Below, piece after piece: positions 45,269 to 54,883 of a stretch of 64,000 nt of DNA. Under the pieces are notes generated by a model, which saw only the letters and a program-made list of their open reading frames with translations, had not been told where the DNA came from and made no database searches. The DNA comes from Nitrospirota bacterium (lineage in GTDB: Bacteria > Nitrospirota > UBA9217). The DNA lies in the NCBI GenBank assembly GCA_963740085.1, contig CAVUCU010000001.1, positions 1,536,001-1,600,000 on the forward strand, given 5' to 3'. Numbering within the stretch: position 1 is the first letter of the stretch; each line of letters begins with the position of its first letter. Both the position numbers and the translations under genes were made by a program.

Positions 45269-47746
45269 CTATCCGGTCCTCACCGGCTTGACTCCCCAGA
45301 TCCTGTCGGCATATTCACCGATCGTCCGGTCGCTCGAGAACTTTCCCATGCCCGCTACGTTCAGGATGGCGCGCCTGGTCCACTCCGCGGGATCACGGTA
45401 AAGTGCGTCTACCCGTTCCTGGCAGGCAATGTAGGACCCATAGTCCGCCAGCAGCAGATAGCGGTCTCCCTGTCCGATCAAAGCATCGAAGATCGGACGG
45501 AAGCGATTCGGCTCATCGGCTGAGAAGTAGCCCCCGTTGATCATGTCGAGCGCCTGTCTCAGTTCTTCGTTCGCATCATAGATATCCCGGGGTTTGTACC
45601 CGTTTGCCCGGATCGCGACGACCTCGTCGGTGTTCAGGCCGAAGATGAATATGTTCTCGCGTCCCACCTCTTCCATCATCTCGATGTTCGCCCCGTCCAG
45701 GGTCCCGATCGTGAGCGCGCCGTTCAACCCGAGCTTCATGTTGCCCGTGCCCGAGGCCTCGGTGCCGGCAGTTGAGATCTGTTCGGAAAGATCGCAGGCA
45801 GGGATGATCTTCTCGGCGTTCGAAACGCTGTAGTCGGGAATGAAGATAACTTTGAGCGCATTGCCTACCGCCGGGTCGTGGTTCACGATGTCCGCGACGC
45901 TGTGAATGAGCTTGATGATGAGCTTGGCCATGGCATATCCGGGCGCGGCCTTGCCCCCGAAGATCACCGTGCGCGGCACCAGGTCTTTTACCCGGCCATT
46001 CCTGATGCGGTTGTACCGGGTCACGATATGCAGCACGTTCAGGAGCTGCCGCTTGTATTCATGGATGCGCTTGATCTGTACGTCGAACATCGAGGCAGGA
46101 TCGACCTCAAGCTTCAGTCGAAAATTGATGATCTGGGCCAAACGCTCCTTGTTCTTGCGCTTCACCTCGCGGAACTTCTTCTGGAACTCCGGATCTCCGG
46201 CAAGGGGGGCGAGTTTCCTGAGCTCAGAGAGATCGCTGACCCACTGCTCGCCGATGCGCGACGTAATGAGGGACGACAGGCCCGGGTTGGCCTGGTGCAG
46301 CCATCGCCGCGGCGTGATGCCGTTCGTGATGTTGATGATCTTGCCGGGAAAGAACTGCTCGAAGTCGGAAAAGATGGTCTTCTTCATGAGGTCGGTGTGG
46401 ATCTGCGACACGCCGTTCACGCGGTGGCTTCCGACGATGGCCAGGTGCGCCATGCGCAGCCTTCGGCCGCCCGCTTCATCCACGATCGACATGCGCTTGA
46501 GCCGTTCGACGTCTCCGGGGTAGCAGTGGCGCACCTCTTCCAGAAAACGATAATTGATCTCGTAGATTATCTGGAGGTGCCGCGGCAGGAGCTCTTCGAA
46601 GAGACGCACCGGCCAGGTCTCGAGCGCCTCGGGCATCAGGGTGTGGTTGGTGTAGGAAAAGATGCGCCGCGTGATGTCCCAGGCCTGGTCCCAGTCCAGA
46701 TGATGGAGATCGACCAGCACCCGCATGAGCTCGGGGATGGCGATGGCCGGATGGGTATCGTTCAGCTGGATCGCGACCTTGTCCGGCAGCTTGTCCAGGT
46801 CCGGATGAAACTTGGTGAAGCGTCTCAGAATGTCCTGCAGCGACGCGCAGACGAAAAAGTATTGTTGTTTAAGCCTCAGTTCCCGCCCCATGCTCGTGGT
46901 GTCGTCGGGATAGAGCACCTTGGAAAGGTTCTCAGATTCATTTTTATCCTGAACCGCCTTGATGTAGTTGCCTTCGTTGAAGTACTTGAGGTTGAAGTCG
47001 CGTGAGGCCTTGGCCGTCCAGAGACGCATGTTGTTCACCGTGCTGGTATTGTAGCCGGGTACGGGCGTATCGCAGGCCATGGCCATCACATCCTCGGTGT
47101 CGATCCAGTGAAAATGCGTCCTGCCCTGATCGTTCTTGAACTGCACCACACGGCCGCCGAACTTCACCGAAAAGAGCACCTCGGGGCGCGGGAAATCCCA
47201 GGGATTGCCGTAGCGCAGCCAGTTGTCGGGATGCTCCACCTGGTAGCCGTTCTCGATACGCTGGATGAACATGCCGTACTCGTAGCGGATCCCGTACCCG
47301 TAGCCCGGCAGACCCATGGTCGCCATGGAATCGAGCAGGCAGGCGGCAAGTCTGCCGAGCCCGCCGTTGCCGAGGGCAGCGTCCATTTCCAGCTCGCGGA
47401 TGCGGTCGATGTCGAGCTCGAGATCGGAAATCGCTTCCCGGCATTCCTCGTAGAAGCCCATGTTCAGCAGGCTGTTCGCAAGCAGGCGGCCGGTCAGGAA
47501 CTCCAGGGAAAGATAATAGACACGCTTTGCGTCGGACCGGTAATAGCTGCGCATGGTCTCCATCCAGCGCTCGATCAGACGTTCGCGCACGGCATACGCG
47601 ATCGTGTTGAACCAGTCGCGGTGGGTGGCGGTGATCGGGTCCTTGCCGAGCGAGTAGATCAGCCGGTTGGCAAAGGAGTGTTTGAGGGACACCCGGTCCT
47701 GGCCGCGCTTGGAGTATTCGAAACCTTCCTTCTTGTTCGTGGTCAT
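45269..47746 (-). CDS. glgP: glycogen/maltodextrin phosphorylase
   Basis: LGNGGLGRLAAC, QLNDTHP, YTNHT, QIKRIHEYKRQ, EASGTGNMK. Confidence 0.97.
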   Translation of the reverse strand: MTTNKKEGFEYSKRGQDRVSLKHSFANRLIYSLGKDPITATHRDWFNTIAYAVRERLIERWMETMRSYYRSDAKRVYYLSLEFLTGRLLANSLLNMGFYEECREAISDLELDIDRIRELEMDAALGNGGLGRLAACLLDSMATMGLPGYGYGIRYEYGMFIQRIENGYQVEHPDNWLRYGNPWDFPRPEVLFSVKFGGRVVQFKNDQGRTHFHWIDTEDVMAMACDTPVPGYNTSTVNNMRLWTAKASRDFNLKYFNEGNYIKAVQDKNESENLSKVLYPDDTTSMGRELRLKQQYFFVCASLQDILRRFTKFHPDLDKLPDKVAIQLNDTHPAIAIPELMRVLVDLHHLDWDQAWDITRRIFSYTNHTLMPEALETWPVRLFEELLPRHLQIIYEINYRFLEEVRHCYPGDVERLKRMSIVDEAGGRRLRMAHLAIVGSHRVNGVSQIHTDLMKKTIFSDFEQFFPGKIINITNGITPRRWLHQANPGLSSLITSRIGEQWVSDLSELRKLAPLAGDPEFQKKFREVKRKNKERLAQIINFRLKLEVDPASMFDVQIKRIHEYKRQLLNVLHIVTRYNRIRNGRVKDLVPRTVIFGGKAAPGYAMAKLIIKLIHSVADIVNHDPAVGNALKVIFIPDYSVSNAEKIIPACDLSEQISTAGTEASGTGNMKLGLNGALTIGTLDGANIEMMEEVGRENIFIFGLNTDEVVAIRANGYKPRDIYDANEELRQALDMINGGYFSADEPNRFRPIFDALIGQGDRYLLLADYGSYIACQERVDALYRDPAEWTRRAILNVAGMGKFSSDRTIGEYADRIWGVKPVRTG

Positions 47747-47831
47747 GAAGCCTCCAGAAAGGATGGATGGAGCATGCTCAATATTTAATTATTTTACCTG
47801 AAAAGAAAGAGGATGGGTATTTTTTTATTTT

Positions 47832-47885
47832 GCTGACCGGAGGCCGGCCAAGGTAAGCATATCCGGTGGTACGATAGCGTTGAGC
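47832..47885 (-). repeat. degenerate attC-like hairpin after the DUF3795 gene
   Basis: Minus strand GCTCAAC...CACCGGA...TCCGGTCAGC; R' box missing. Confidence 0.3.
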
Positions 47886-47898
47886 CTTCCCTGCATTG

Positions 47899-48327
47899 CT
47901 AACGCCATTTGTGTTGGCAAGAAAGGCATTGAGGCTTATGAACACAGATCATCTCGCCGCACTGGGGACAGGCCCACCGTTCCTTTTCGTTTCTCACGAA
48001 ATGCCTTATGCCGAAACGTTTGATGTTCTCCAGATTTTCAATCATGCTCATTCCATACCTGGTTCTATACCGCTTATCCAAATGGTTCAGCCTGGCGCAC
48101 GGAAAGCCGTCGCAACTGAAACAATACTTGACTTCATTGCTCACTATCTTCTGACAGTTCTTGATACGGCACGAGATGCAGGCCTTCGATTTGAAACCGT
48201 CGTCACCTCTACAGCCGGGGCATGCTTTTACCTCTCGTACATATGCGCGACAAAGGCGGCAGTTCATTCCGCAGGGTGCGATTAAGGTCGTGCGAATCAC
48301 GTTTGTCTTTGTTGACTTATCTGACAT
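47899..48327 (-). CDS. DUF3795 Cys-rich protein
   Basis: IAPCG.NC..C, CPGCR, C.IK.C, C..C..FPC, W.CP.CG..IC.H...C..C. Confidence 0.8.
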   Translation of the reverse strand: MSDKSTKTNVIRTTLIAPCGMNCRLCRAYVREVKACPGCRGDDGFKSKACISCRIKNCQKIVSNEVKYCFSCDGFPCARLNHLDKRYRTRYGMSMIENLENIKRFGIRHFVRNEKERWACPQCGEMICVHKPQCLSCQHKWR

Positions 48328-48342
48328 TCCACCTGCACCTTG

Positions 48343-48523
48343 TTAGTTGTCCATGAGACAGTAAGCATGGCAAAACCAGCGGTATCATTTATTGACGTGA
48401 GTGAGAATTCCAGGAAAATATATCCCGGGCCTTGTCGTCTTTAAAGATGGGTTTCTTTTCGTTCCCGCGGGAAGTGACGTGATATACGGCGCAGGGATAT
48501 TCTATGCGGAGGGGATGGGCCAT
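48343..48523 (-). pseudogene. truncated REP-associated tyrosine (Y1/HUH) transposase fragment
   Basis: MAHPLRIEYPCAVYHVTSRGNEKKPIFKDD, then frameshift/stop, then YRWFCHAYCLMDN*; ends just before the HUH motif. Confidence 0.8.
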
Positions 48524-48926
48524 GCGCTGAGATTATCAGAAGATTTGTTGAGAGTCAAATAATATAGAGCTGGTGCTCTCAGCTTTTCGATCAAATGAAG
48601 TGTTTGGTTCGTTTACTTCTTTTCTCTATCGTTTTTCAAAATTTTCAAGAACTCATGCGTGTCCAGGAAAAAGTTGGGGTATGCGCGGCGTAGCGCTTCA
48701 ACCGACGCAGTAAAAAAGAACTGCTGTTGCTGGCTGCCCGCCACAATCTCTTCTTCAGCCTTTAAATAATCAGAAGTTGCCTCATCGAACCTTTCCTGGC
48801 TATAAGCTTGGTATGTTATTGATCGTTTTATTGGATCGAGAACAAGTAAATAATACTTGCCCTTTCTACGATCTGAATGAATAGCGTTAATAGCAGCTCC
48901 AAAGCCTTTCAGCTTCTCATCGACTT

Positions 48927-49979
48927 CCTGAATTCAACCAGCAAGTGCAACACTTGAGGCAGCGACCTCAATTGGCGTTTTATATCCCAGGCACTTTCTG
49001 GGCCGACTATTGATCAAGTACTCGATCAGCTTCAACTGGTCTTTGTCAATCTTACTGAAGTCCGTGCCTTTCGGCAAGTACCATCTAACGAGGCCGTTCG
49101 TATTTTCGTTCGTGCCTCGCTGCCATGACGCATAGGGTCGCGCAAAGTAACACTTCATGCCGAGCTTTGCGGTGACCTTCTCATGTTTGGCGTTCTCGGT
49201 TCCATTGTCTAGGGTCAGTGTTCTTCGTCCCTTCACTGGAAGCTTCCCGAGACGCCTGATGATCGTCTTGGAGGTCTCCGTAGCACTTTTCCGATCGAGC
49301 TTGGAGAGGATCAGAAGCCGGCTCTTTCGTTCGACCAAAGTGTGGAGAGCCGCTTTGCTCTTCCGGGAGATAAGGGTATCACCCTCCCAGTGGCCATACT
49401 GCTTCCGATCTTCTACGGACTTCGGGCGGGCATCGATTGGATTTCTATTGGGAATCTTGGTCTTTTTCTCTTTTCGGCCGATGCCCTTGGCTTTGCGCTT
49501 CTTATGAGCGCGACGTAAATGCTGTATCAACTCCAGCCGGATTTCCGTCTGGAGGTCATAGATAAACTGATAGATGGCTTCATGACTTATGAACTGGCCG
49601 GGATGGTCAATCGGAAGTCTTCCGGCAATTTGCTCGGGAGACCATCCTTCCTCCAGATTATTAACTACGTACTGACGAATCAGGTCATTCTTGAGCCGGG
49701 GCCGTTGGTGAACCTTTACCCAGCGCTGCTCGGCTCTCGCATGAGCTCGGCAGGGTGTATATCGGTTATACTCGGTGGAGGCGTTACGGCTTAGCTCTCG
49801 GGAGATAGAGCTTTTGTTTCGATCGAGCGCTTCAGCTATAAAGCCGATACTTTTACCTTCGCAACGATATTGAGCTATGAGCTCACGTTCTTCTTGATTC
49901 AGGTGATTGTACTGTTTTGGCATAGACACCTAGAGTAGCATGACCACCCTAAGTGTTGCACTTGCTTATTGAACTCGCG
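48927..49979 (-). mobile_element. IS30 family insertion sequence
   Basis: Imperfect 29-bp terminal IRs (CCTGAATTCAACCAGCAAGTGCAACACTT / CGCGAGTTCAATAAGCAAGTGCAACACTT), CTT flanking direct repeat. Confidence 0.9.
48934..49929 (-). CDS. IS30 family transposase
   Basis: HTH (R.KS.ISREL.RN), WSPEQI, GHWEGD, T.DNG.E, PY.SWQRGTNENTNG..R. Confidence 0.95.
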   Translation of the reverse strand: MSMPKQYNHLNQEERELIAQYRCEGKSIGFIAEALDRNKSSISRELSRNASTEYNRYTPCRAHARAEQRWVKVHQRPRLKNDLIRQYVVNNLEEGWSPEQIAGRLPIDHPGQFISHEAIYQFIYDLQTEIRLELIQHLRRAHKKRKAKGIGRKEKKTKIPNRNPIDARPKSVEDRKQYGHWEGDTLISRKSKAALHTLVERKSRLLILSKLDRKSATETSKTIIRRLGKLPVKGRRTLTLDNGTENAKHEKVTAKLGMKCYFARPYASWQRGTNENTNGLVRWYLPKGTDFSKIDKDQLKLIEYLINSRPRKCLGYKTPIEVAASSVALAG

Positions 49980-50803
49980 CTTTCAATTCATGAGATCTTT
50001 GAGTGACGGCTTCATATGTTTCTTTTCTGGTCATCCCACCAAAACCAGGTACTGGGGTGCGCTTTCTAAATGCGAAAATGCATTGCCAGTCAAAGCAAAA
50101 AAATCAAGCCAATCTTCAGGTCCTTCGCTTGACTTCAAAGCGTAATCTAAAAAAATGCCCATCGTTTCAACGGCTGTAGCCCAAGCATGCTGCTGTTAGT
50201 GCGAAGCTTGCAGCTTTAACAACAAGCCATTATACTGGGTTGTAGTTAAATTATGATATTTATAGACAAGATGAACGCTCCGATAACCAGATGCTTTAGG
50301 GAAAGATATAATCGCGTTCACCTACGAGAAGTACGTGTAAAATAAGTCTTCTTATAGCTCGCATACAGTTGTTCAACTTGAGATAATGTGTTCACGACTG
50401 CTGCAAGCCACCAATATCTTGCATCCGGGTAAGTTGCATTTCAGGGAAGCGTGAAGCTATCAACAATCGAGGGTATGCGTTTTAGCCTTTGGGCGACCAG
50501 CGCATCTTTATCGATCATGTAGGGTTAGCTTCTTTCTCAGCGTCGCTTGAAATGTATTGATTGGATAGTTATGACATGCTCGCCAGTTCCCTAAAACATC
50601 AGCAGCCCACATCACGGCCTCTCGGGGACTATCGGCTCTCCTAAAAATATCACCGGCCCTGTTTACATCACTTTTTGAATATCTAAGGTCGACAATAGGT
50701 ATTGTCATATTCTTCTCTCATATATTTTACGATTCTTTGAAAACAGAACATCGAGGGTATTCAGTATTTGCACCATTTGGCATTGTCGCGGCGCGATGCG
50801 CCG

Positions 50804-50860
50804 GGAGAACGCCCCGGGTGAGGGGCGCGATTTTAGCGTCCCTCTAGCCAATGGTTAAGA
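50804..50860 (-). repeat. attC-like site (57 bp)
   Basis: Minus strand TCTTAAC-CATTG-GCTAGAGGGACGC-TAAAATC-GCGCCCCTCA-CCCGGGGC-GTTCTCC, right after the stop of the 50862 gene. Confidence 0.55.
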
Positions 50861-50861
50861 G

Positions 50862-51407
50862 TCATCGGGCGGTTTTACTTCGCTCTACCCACCTACCGAC
50901 AGATAGCGCTGAATACAGCTGACGCAGGTACTCACGTTCTTTCTTGCGATGCATCCAGCCAATCAAAGAACCGTTGGGAAATAGCTCAGCATTAGGGTTA
51001 TCGATCTTAATGAATTTTGGGAAGGGTGTGGAATGATTATTCTGCTCATTGAGCATGATCACAGTCTGGTCGTTGCGCAAAAAGACCTTATAGAATTCAT
51101 CGAGCTTCATCGGTTTTTCTGGCTTGAATAACTTTCTTGTTGTTTTGATGCGGTCTTTTCTATGTCCCCGGCAGAGCTGTCTAGGCAGCTTGTTCTTGTT
51201 GAAATCTTCCGTTGCTAGCTTTTCGAGGGCTTCCCTTGTAATGCCAATGACCCGCCAGCCATAATTTTCAATACCCATGATAGAAGTCAGTATGGTTGTC
51301 AGGTGTCCGTCACGAAAGTCATCGGGGCAGGCTTGTTTAGCCTTAAAGAGAGCAATATAGAGACCGTACAATGCTTTTCGTAGAGCGTGACCGGTCTTTA
51401 GTCTCAT
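50862..51407 (-). CDS. hypothetical protein
   Basis: 181 aa ORF, AGGAG RBS within the upstream attC-like site; no family recognised. Confidence 0.7.
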   Translation of the reverse strand: MRLKTGHALRKALYGLYIALFKAKQACPDDFRDGHLTTILTSIMGIENYGWRVIGITREALEKLATEDFNKNKLPRQLCRGHRKDRIKTTRKLFKPEKPMKLDEFYKVFLRNDQTVIMLNEQNNHSTPFPKFIKIDNPNAELFPNGSLIGWMHRKKEREYLRQLYSALSVGRWVERSKTAR

Positions 51408-51413
51408 GGAGTC

Positions 51414-51470
51414 TCCTAATGGCGAGCGCAACCGTACGTGCAATCGCTACGGTTTGCGCAATGGTTCGCT
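51414..51470 (-). repeat. attC-like site (57 bp)
   Basis: Minus strand AGCGAAC-CATT-GCGCAAACCGTA-loop-TACGGTTGCGC-TCGCC-ATTAGGA, hairpin with an extrahelical base. Confidence 0.55.
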
Positions 51471-52202
51471 ATCTGCATCCTTCTGCGACTGGATTGCCTC
51501 AAGGTGCACTTGTGCCTGTGGATCTATTGTAAGTCCGAACGTCTTCGCGGCGGCCTGCATGGCGAGATGCTGTATTTCTACAGCTAGCAAGATCAATAAC
51601 GCTAGGCCGCGATCCGAAGGTTCATTGATCATCCCCTTGACTGCACCATCCTCGCCATACTCGAAGTACTTCTCAAGGTCGCGCACCGAAGAGTGAACAG
51701 ATGAGCTTAGATAAGCATAGGTCGTGAGATACCAGTCTTCCAAATTGGCAAGCTGCGCCAATTGCCTGGTCTTCATCTCCTTGGCGGCCAGCGCATCAAT
51801 TTCGTCTGCAAGTTTCTTCAGTTGCGTTGTAACATCCTTTCCTGCAACTCGTGCCTTCAACGTCTCACCAGACACCTGCCCGAGATACTTTCCCGTCTTC
51901 TTACGAACAAGAAGATCCGCATCCATGAAAGCTATCGCCGTTTTATAGTTTGCAGAACAGGCAGTGAGATTGAACAGTGCTTCAACTGCACAGCGGAGCA
52001 TGACCCGTGCGGGTGCTCGCAGCCCTCGCTCAATGAGGAGCAATGACGTTTGCGTGTACTCAAGGACGCGAACGAAGAGTGCGCTGCAGAATAGGTCCTG
52101 CGCAGACTCAGATTGAACCTTGAAGGAGTATTGCATCTTGTTCGCAATGCGATTGTACGCACGCGCCTCAGCTACCCAAGGCGCGTACTTGTCCCGGACC
52201 AA
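51447..52202 (-). CDS. DUF5677-like protein (N-terminus possibly frameshifted)
   Basis: R....E (LRCAVEA) and Y..LS..VH (YAYLSSSVHS) pattern in an all-helical protein. Confidence 0.6.
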   Translation of the reverse strand: MVRDKYAPWVAEARAYNRIANKMQYSFKVQSESAQDLFCSALFVRVLEYTQTSLLLIERGLRAPARVMLRCAVEALFNLTACSANYKTAIAFMDADLLVRKKTGKYLGQVSGETLKARVAGKDVTTQLKKLADEIDALAAKEMKTRQLAQLANLEDWYLTTYAYLSSSVHSSVRDLEKYFEYGEDGAVKGMINEPSDRGLALLILLAVEIQHLAMQAAAKTFGLTIDPQAQVHLEAIQSQKDADSEPLRKP

Positions 52203-52286
52203 TTAATTTTAATTGCTTCAGCTCAAAGCAAATAAAGCCTCTCATCAACGGAAGCTTGCGCGCTCAGGAATCGAAACTTCCCAGGC

Positions 52287-52639
52287 TTAAAGCTTCCTGA
52301 ATCTATGACGCCCTTGCTCGATGACGACAAACGCCTTCTTAAGTTCTTCTGCCGAATAGGATTGCAGAACTACTTTGATCTCTTGATGTACGGAATCTAA
52401 TGTGGAGGGGAGAACCGCAGGTATATGACTCCGGAACCGGAACCGTGCACAAACACAAGACTTCCATAATCTCTGTCGCGTGTAACCAATATCCGCCCCC
52501 GCTCTCCTGCCATTCGGAGCAACTCGGCGTCAGAAGATCGGGAACAGCCCGCTTCGGAGGCGGTTACGACATCATGACCCAGACCTCTCAGAAATCGAGC
52601 GGTGGCCGCATATACGTCTTGATCGAGAAATAATTTCAT
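52287..52639 (-). pseudogene. DUF5615 PIN-like toxin, one frameshift near 52410
   Basis: MKLFLDQDV, GHDV, D..LL..A...GRILVT.D.D.G; continues in another frame as ...AFVVIEQGRHRFRKL*. Confidence 0.75.
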
Positions 52640-52866
52640 GCGGGAGTTGAAATGTGGATTTCTTCGGCTGCCACAACATCAATAGCATACTCAAGGCATG
52701 CTTGAATATCCTCAACCTTCAACTCCGAATAGTAGTCCTTGATGATTGCCGCAAAAGAAAGCCCCTCTCTCACAAGTTCAAGAACGCTCTGGACGGTGAT
52801 TCTGGTTCCAGCGATGCATGGTTTCCCAAAATGAATGTTCGGATTAACTTCGATTCTTTCTTTCAT
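52636..52866 (-). CDS. DUF433 antitoxin-like protein
   Basis: RI..NP.I.FGKPCI.GTRI.V, Y.EL..EDI.ACL.YA; 4-bp overlap with the PIN gene. Confidence 0.9.
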   Translation of the reverse strand: MKERIEVNPNIHFGKPCIAGTRITVQSVLELVREGLSFAAIIKDYYSELKVEDIQACLEYAIDVVAAEEIHISTPA

Positions 52867-52947
52867 GTTTCACCTCGCGCCAAAATGCTTCGGAAGCATC
52901 CAACCAAGTTATTTTACAACAAAAAGCGGCTTTTGGCCATAAACATA

Positions 52948-54661
52948 TCATATCTCCATGATGATCGGCAGGATCATCGGCCTTCGTCTCCATGCGCTTG
53001 TTGATGAACTTTTTGAGCGCGCTCCGGACCCGGGCGGAGACGAGCGACCAGTCTCCCTTGGCCTCGGGGACCATGAGTGCAAGCGTGTCCAGGACCACAT
53101 CCTTTACCTCGGCCAGCAGCTCTTGCGACGCGTCCTCGAACACGAAGCCGCGCGAGACGATGTCCGGACCCGATACTACCTTGCCTGTGGCCGTCTCGAT
53201 CCCGAGGATCACGATCACCACGCCGTCGTGGGCAAGCTTCATCCGGTCGCGGAGCACGACGGTGTCCACGCCGGCATCGGCAGTGGAACCCGCGGTCTTG
53301 CCGTCGATGTATACCCTGCCCACATTGACCCGTCCCGCGCGGCGCGCCGAATCCGCCGTGAACTCCATGATGTCGCCGTCCTCGATGATGAAGATGTTCT
53401 CTTCGGGGATGTTCACATTCCGCGCGAGATGGGAGTGATACACGAGGTGGCGGTATTCGCCGTGGACGGGGATGAAGTATTTCGGCCGGACGATGCTGAG
53501 CATGAGTTTGAGCTCTTCCTTGGACGCGTGGCCGGAAACGTGGATCTCTGACACCTTTTCGTAGAACACCTCCGCGCCGTGCTTGAACAGATGATTGATG
53601 ATCCGGGTGATACCCCGCTCGTTGCCCGGGATCATCTTGGACGAGAGGATGATCGTGTCGCCTTTTTTGATCTGAAAGTACTTGTGCTCGTTCGCGGCCA
53701 TGCGGGAGAGGGCGCTCATGGGCTCGCCCTGGCTGCCGGTCGTGATCATGACGACCTGCTCGTCGGGCAGGTTCTTGAGCGCTTCGATCTTGAGCCAGGT
53801 ATCGGACGGCATCCTGAGATAGCCGAGATCGAGTGCGATCTGGGCGTTCGCGATCATGCTCTTGCCGTTCAGGATGACCTTCCGGTTGTGCATGACCGCA
53901 ACATCGATGATCTGCTGCACCCGGTGGATGTTCGAGGCAAAGGTCGCGACCACGATCCTGCCCTGGGTGCGGTGAAAGATGTCCTCGAGCCCGCGCCGCA
54001 CCTCCTTCTCCGAGAAGGTGTAGCCGCCCTGGCCGGCGTTCGTACTGTCGGACAGGAGCACGAGGGTCCCCTTGTCGCCGTACTCCGCAAAGGTGCGGAG
54101 GTCCATGATCTGGCCGTCCACGGGCGTGGGGTCGATCTTGAAATCTCCGGTATGGACCACACGTCCCACGGGCGTGGTGATGCCGAGGCCGCAGCCGTCC
54201 ACGATGCTGTGCGTGACCCGGATGAACTCGACCTGGAAACAGCCGAGCGTGACGACGTCCCGGGGTTTTACCACGATAAGCTCGGTCTCGGAATCAAGAT
54301 TGTGCTCCCGCAGCTTCTCCTTCACGAAGCCGAGGGTGAGCTTCGTGCCGTAGAGGGGGACCTTGAGCTCTTTGAGCAGGAACGGGAGCGCGCCAATGTG
54401 GTCCTCGTGCGCGTGCGTAAGCACCACGGCGCGGACCTTTTGGCGGTTCTCAAGGAGATAGGCAAAGTCCGGGATCACGATATCGACGCCGAGCATCTCG
54501 GCGTCCGGGAACATGAGTCCCGCGTCGATCACGACGATGTCGTCGCCGTATTCAAGAACGGTCATGTTGAGACCGATCTCGCCGATGCCGCCCAGCGGAA
54601 TAATGGAGAGGGCCGGCCCGTTCACGGCAGGCTGTACAAGAATGTCGGGTGTCTCTGTCAC
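52948..54661 (-). CDS. rnj: ribonuclease J (apparent +1 frameshift near the 3' end; as written the ORF runs to 52844)
   Basis: PLGG.GEIG.N, THAHEDHIG, HTGDFK, TGSQGEP, IHVSGH, PVHGE.RH; conserved RRPMILPIIMEI* is out of frame. Confidence 0.92.
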
Positions 54662-54682
54662 GGGATCAAGCTCCTGGGTATG

Positions 54683-54776
54683 CCCCGTTAGAGAACATGT
54701 CCTCTAACGATTACAGCCACAATCTTTATTATAGCCATTGACCGTCAACAGGAATCGGCGGCTTTCTCTAACGGGG
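54683..54776. repeat. CCCCGTTAGAGA...TCTCTAACGGGG palindromic element
   Basis: Nested inverted repeats; related copy at 59225-59250. Confidence 0.55.
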
Positions 54777-54883
54777 TAAAATGCTTCAGCCCGGCAGGAC
54801 CGAAGATGGAAGTACTATAGTATTTTTATCGGAAATGTCAACTCGGGAAGTTGCTCGCAGGGGACGGGGCGGAAAACACATGA

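Larger units (their letters stand above)
48613..50708 (-). pseudogene. CapRel-like RelA/SpoT (toxSAS-antitoxin fusion), frameshifted and split by IS30
   Basis: Pieces in shifting frames: YSKSDVNRAG, NWRACH.YP, VAQRLKRIPSI, MQDIGG, DYI..PKASGYRSVHL, QHAWATAVE, LKSSEG...W..FF, C-terminal LRRAYPNFFLDT. Confidence 0.8.

Noticed and set aside
52844-52947. Novel C-terminal extension of RNase J overlapping the TA operon
   Set aside because: Explained by one extra base; the conserved terminus is present in the adjacent frame.
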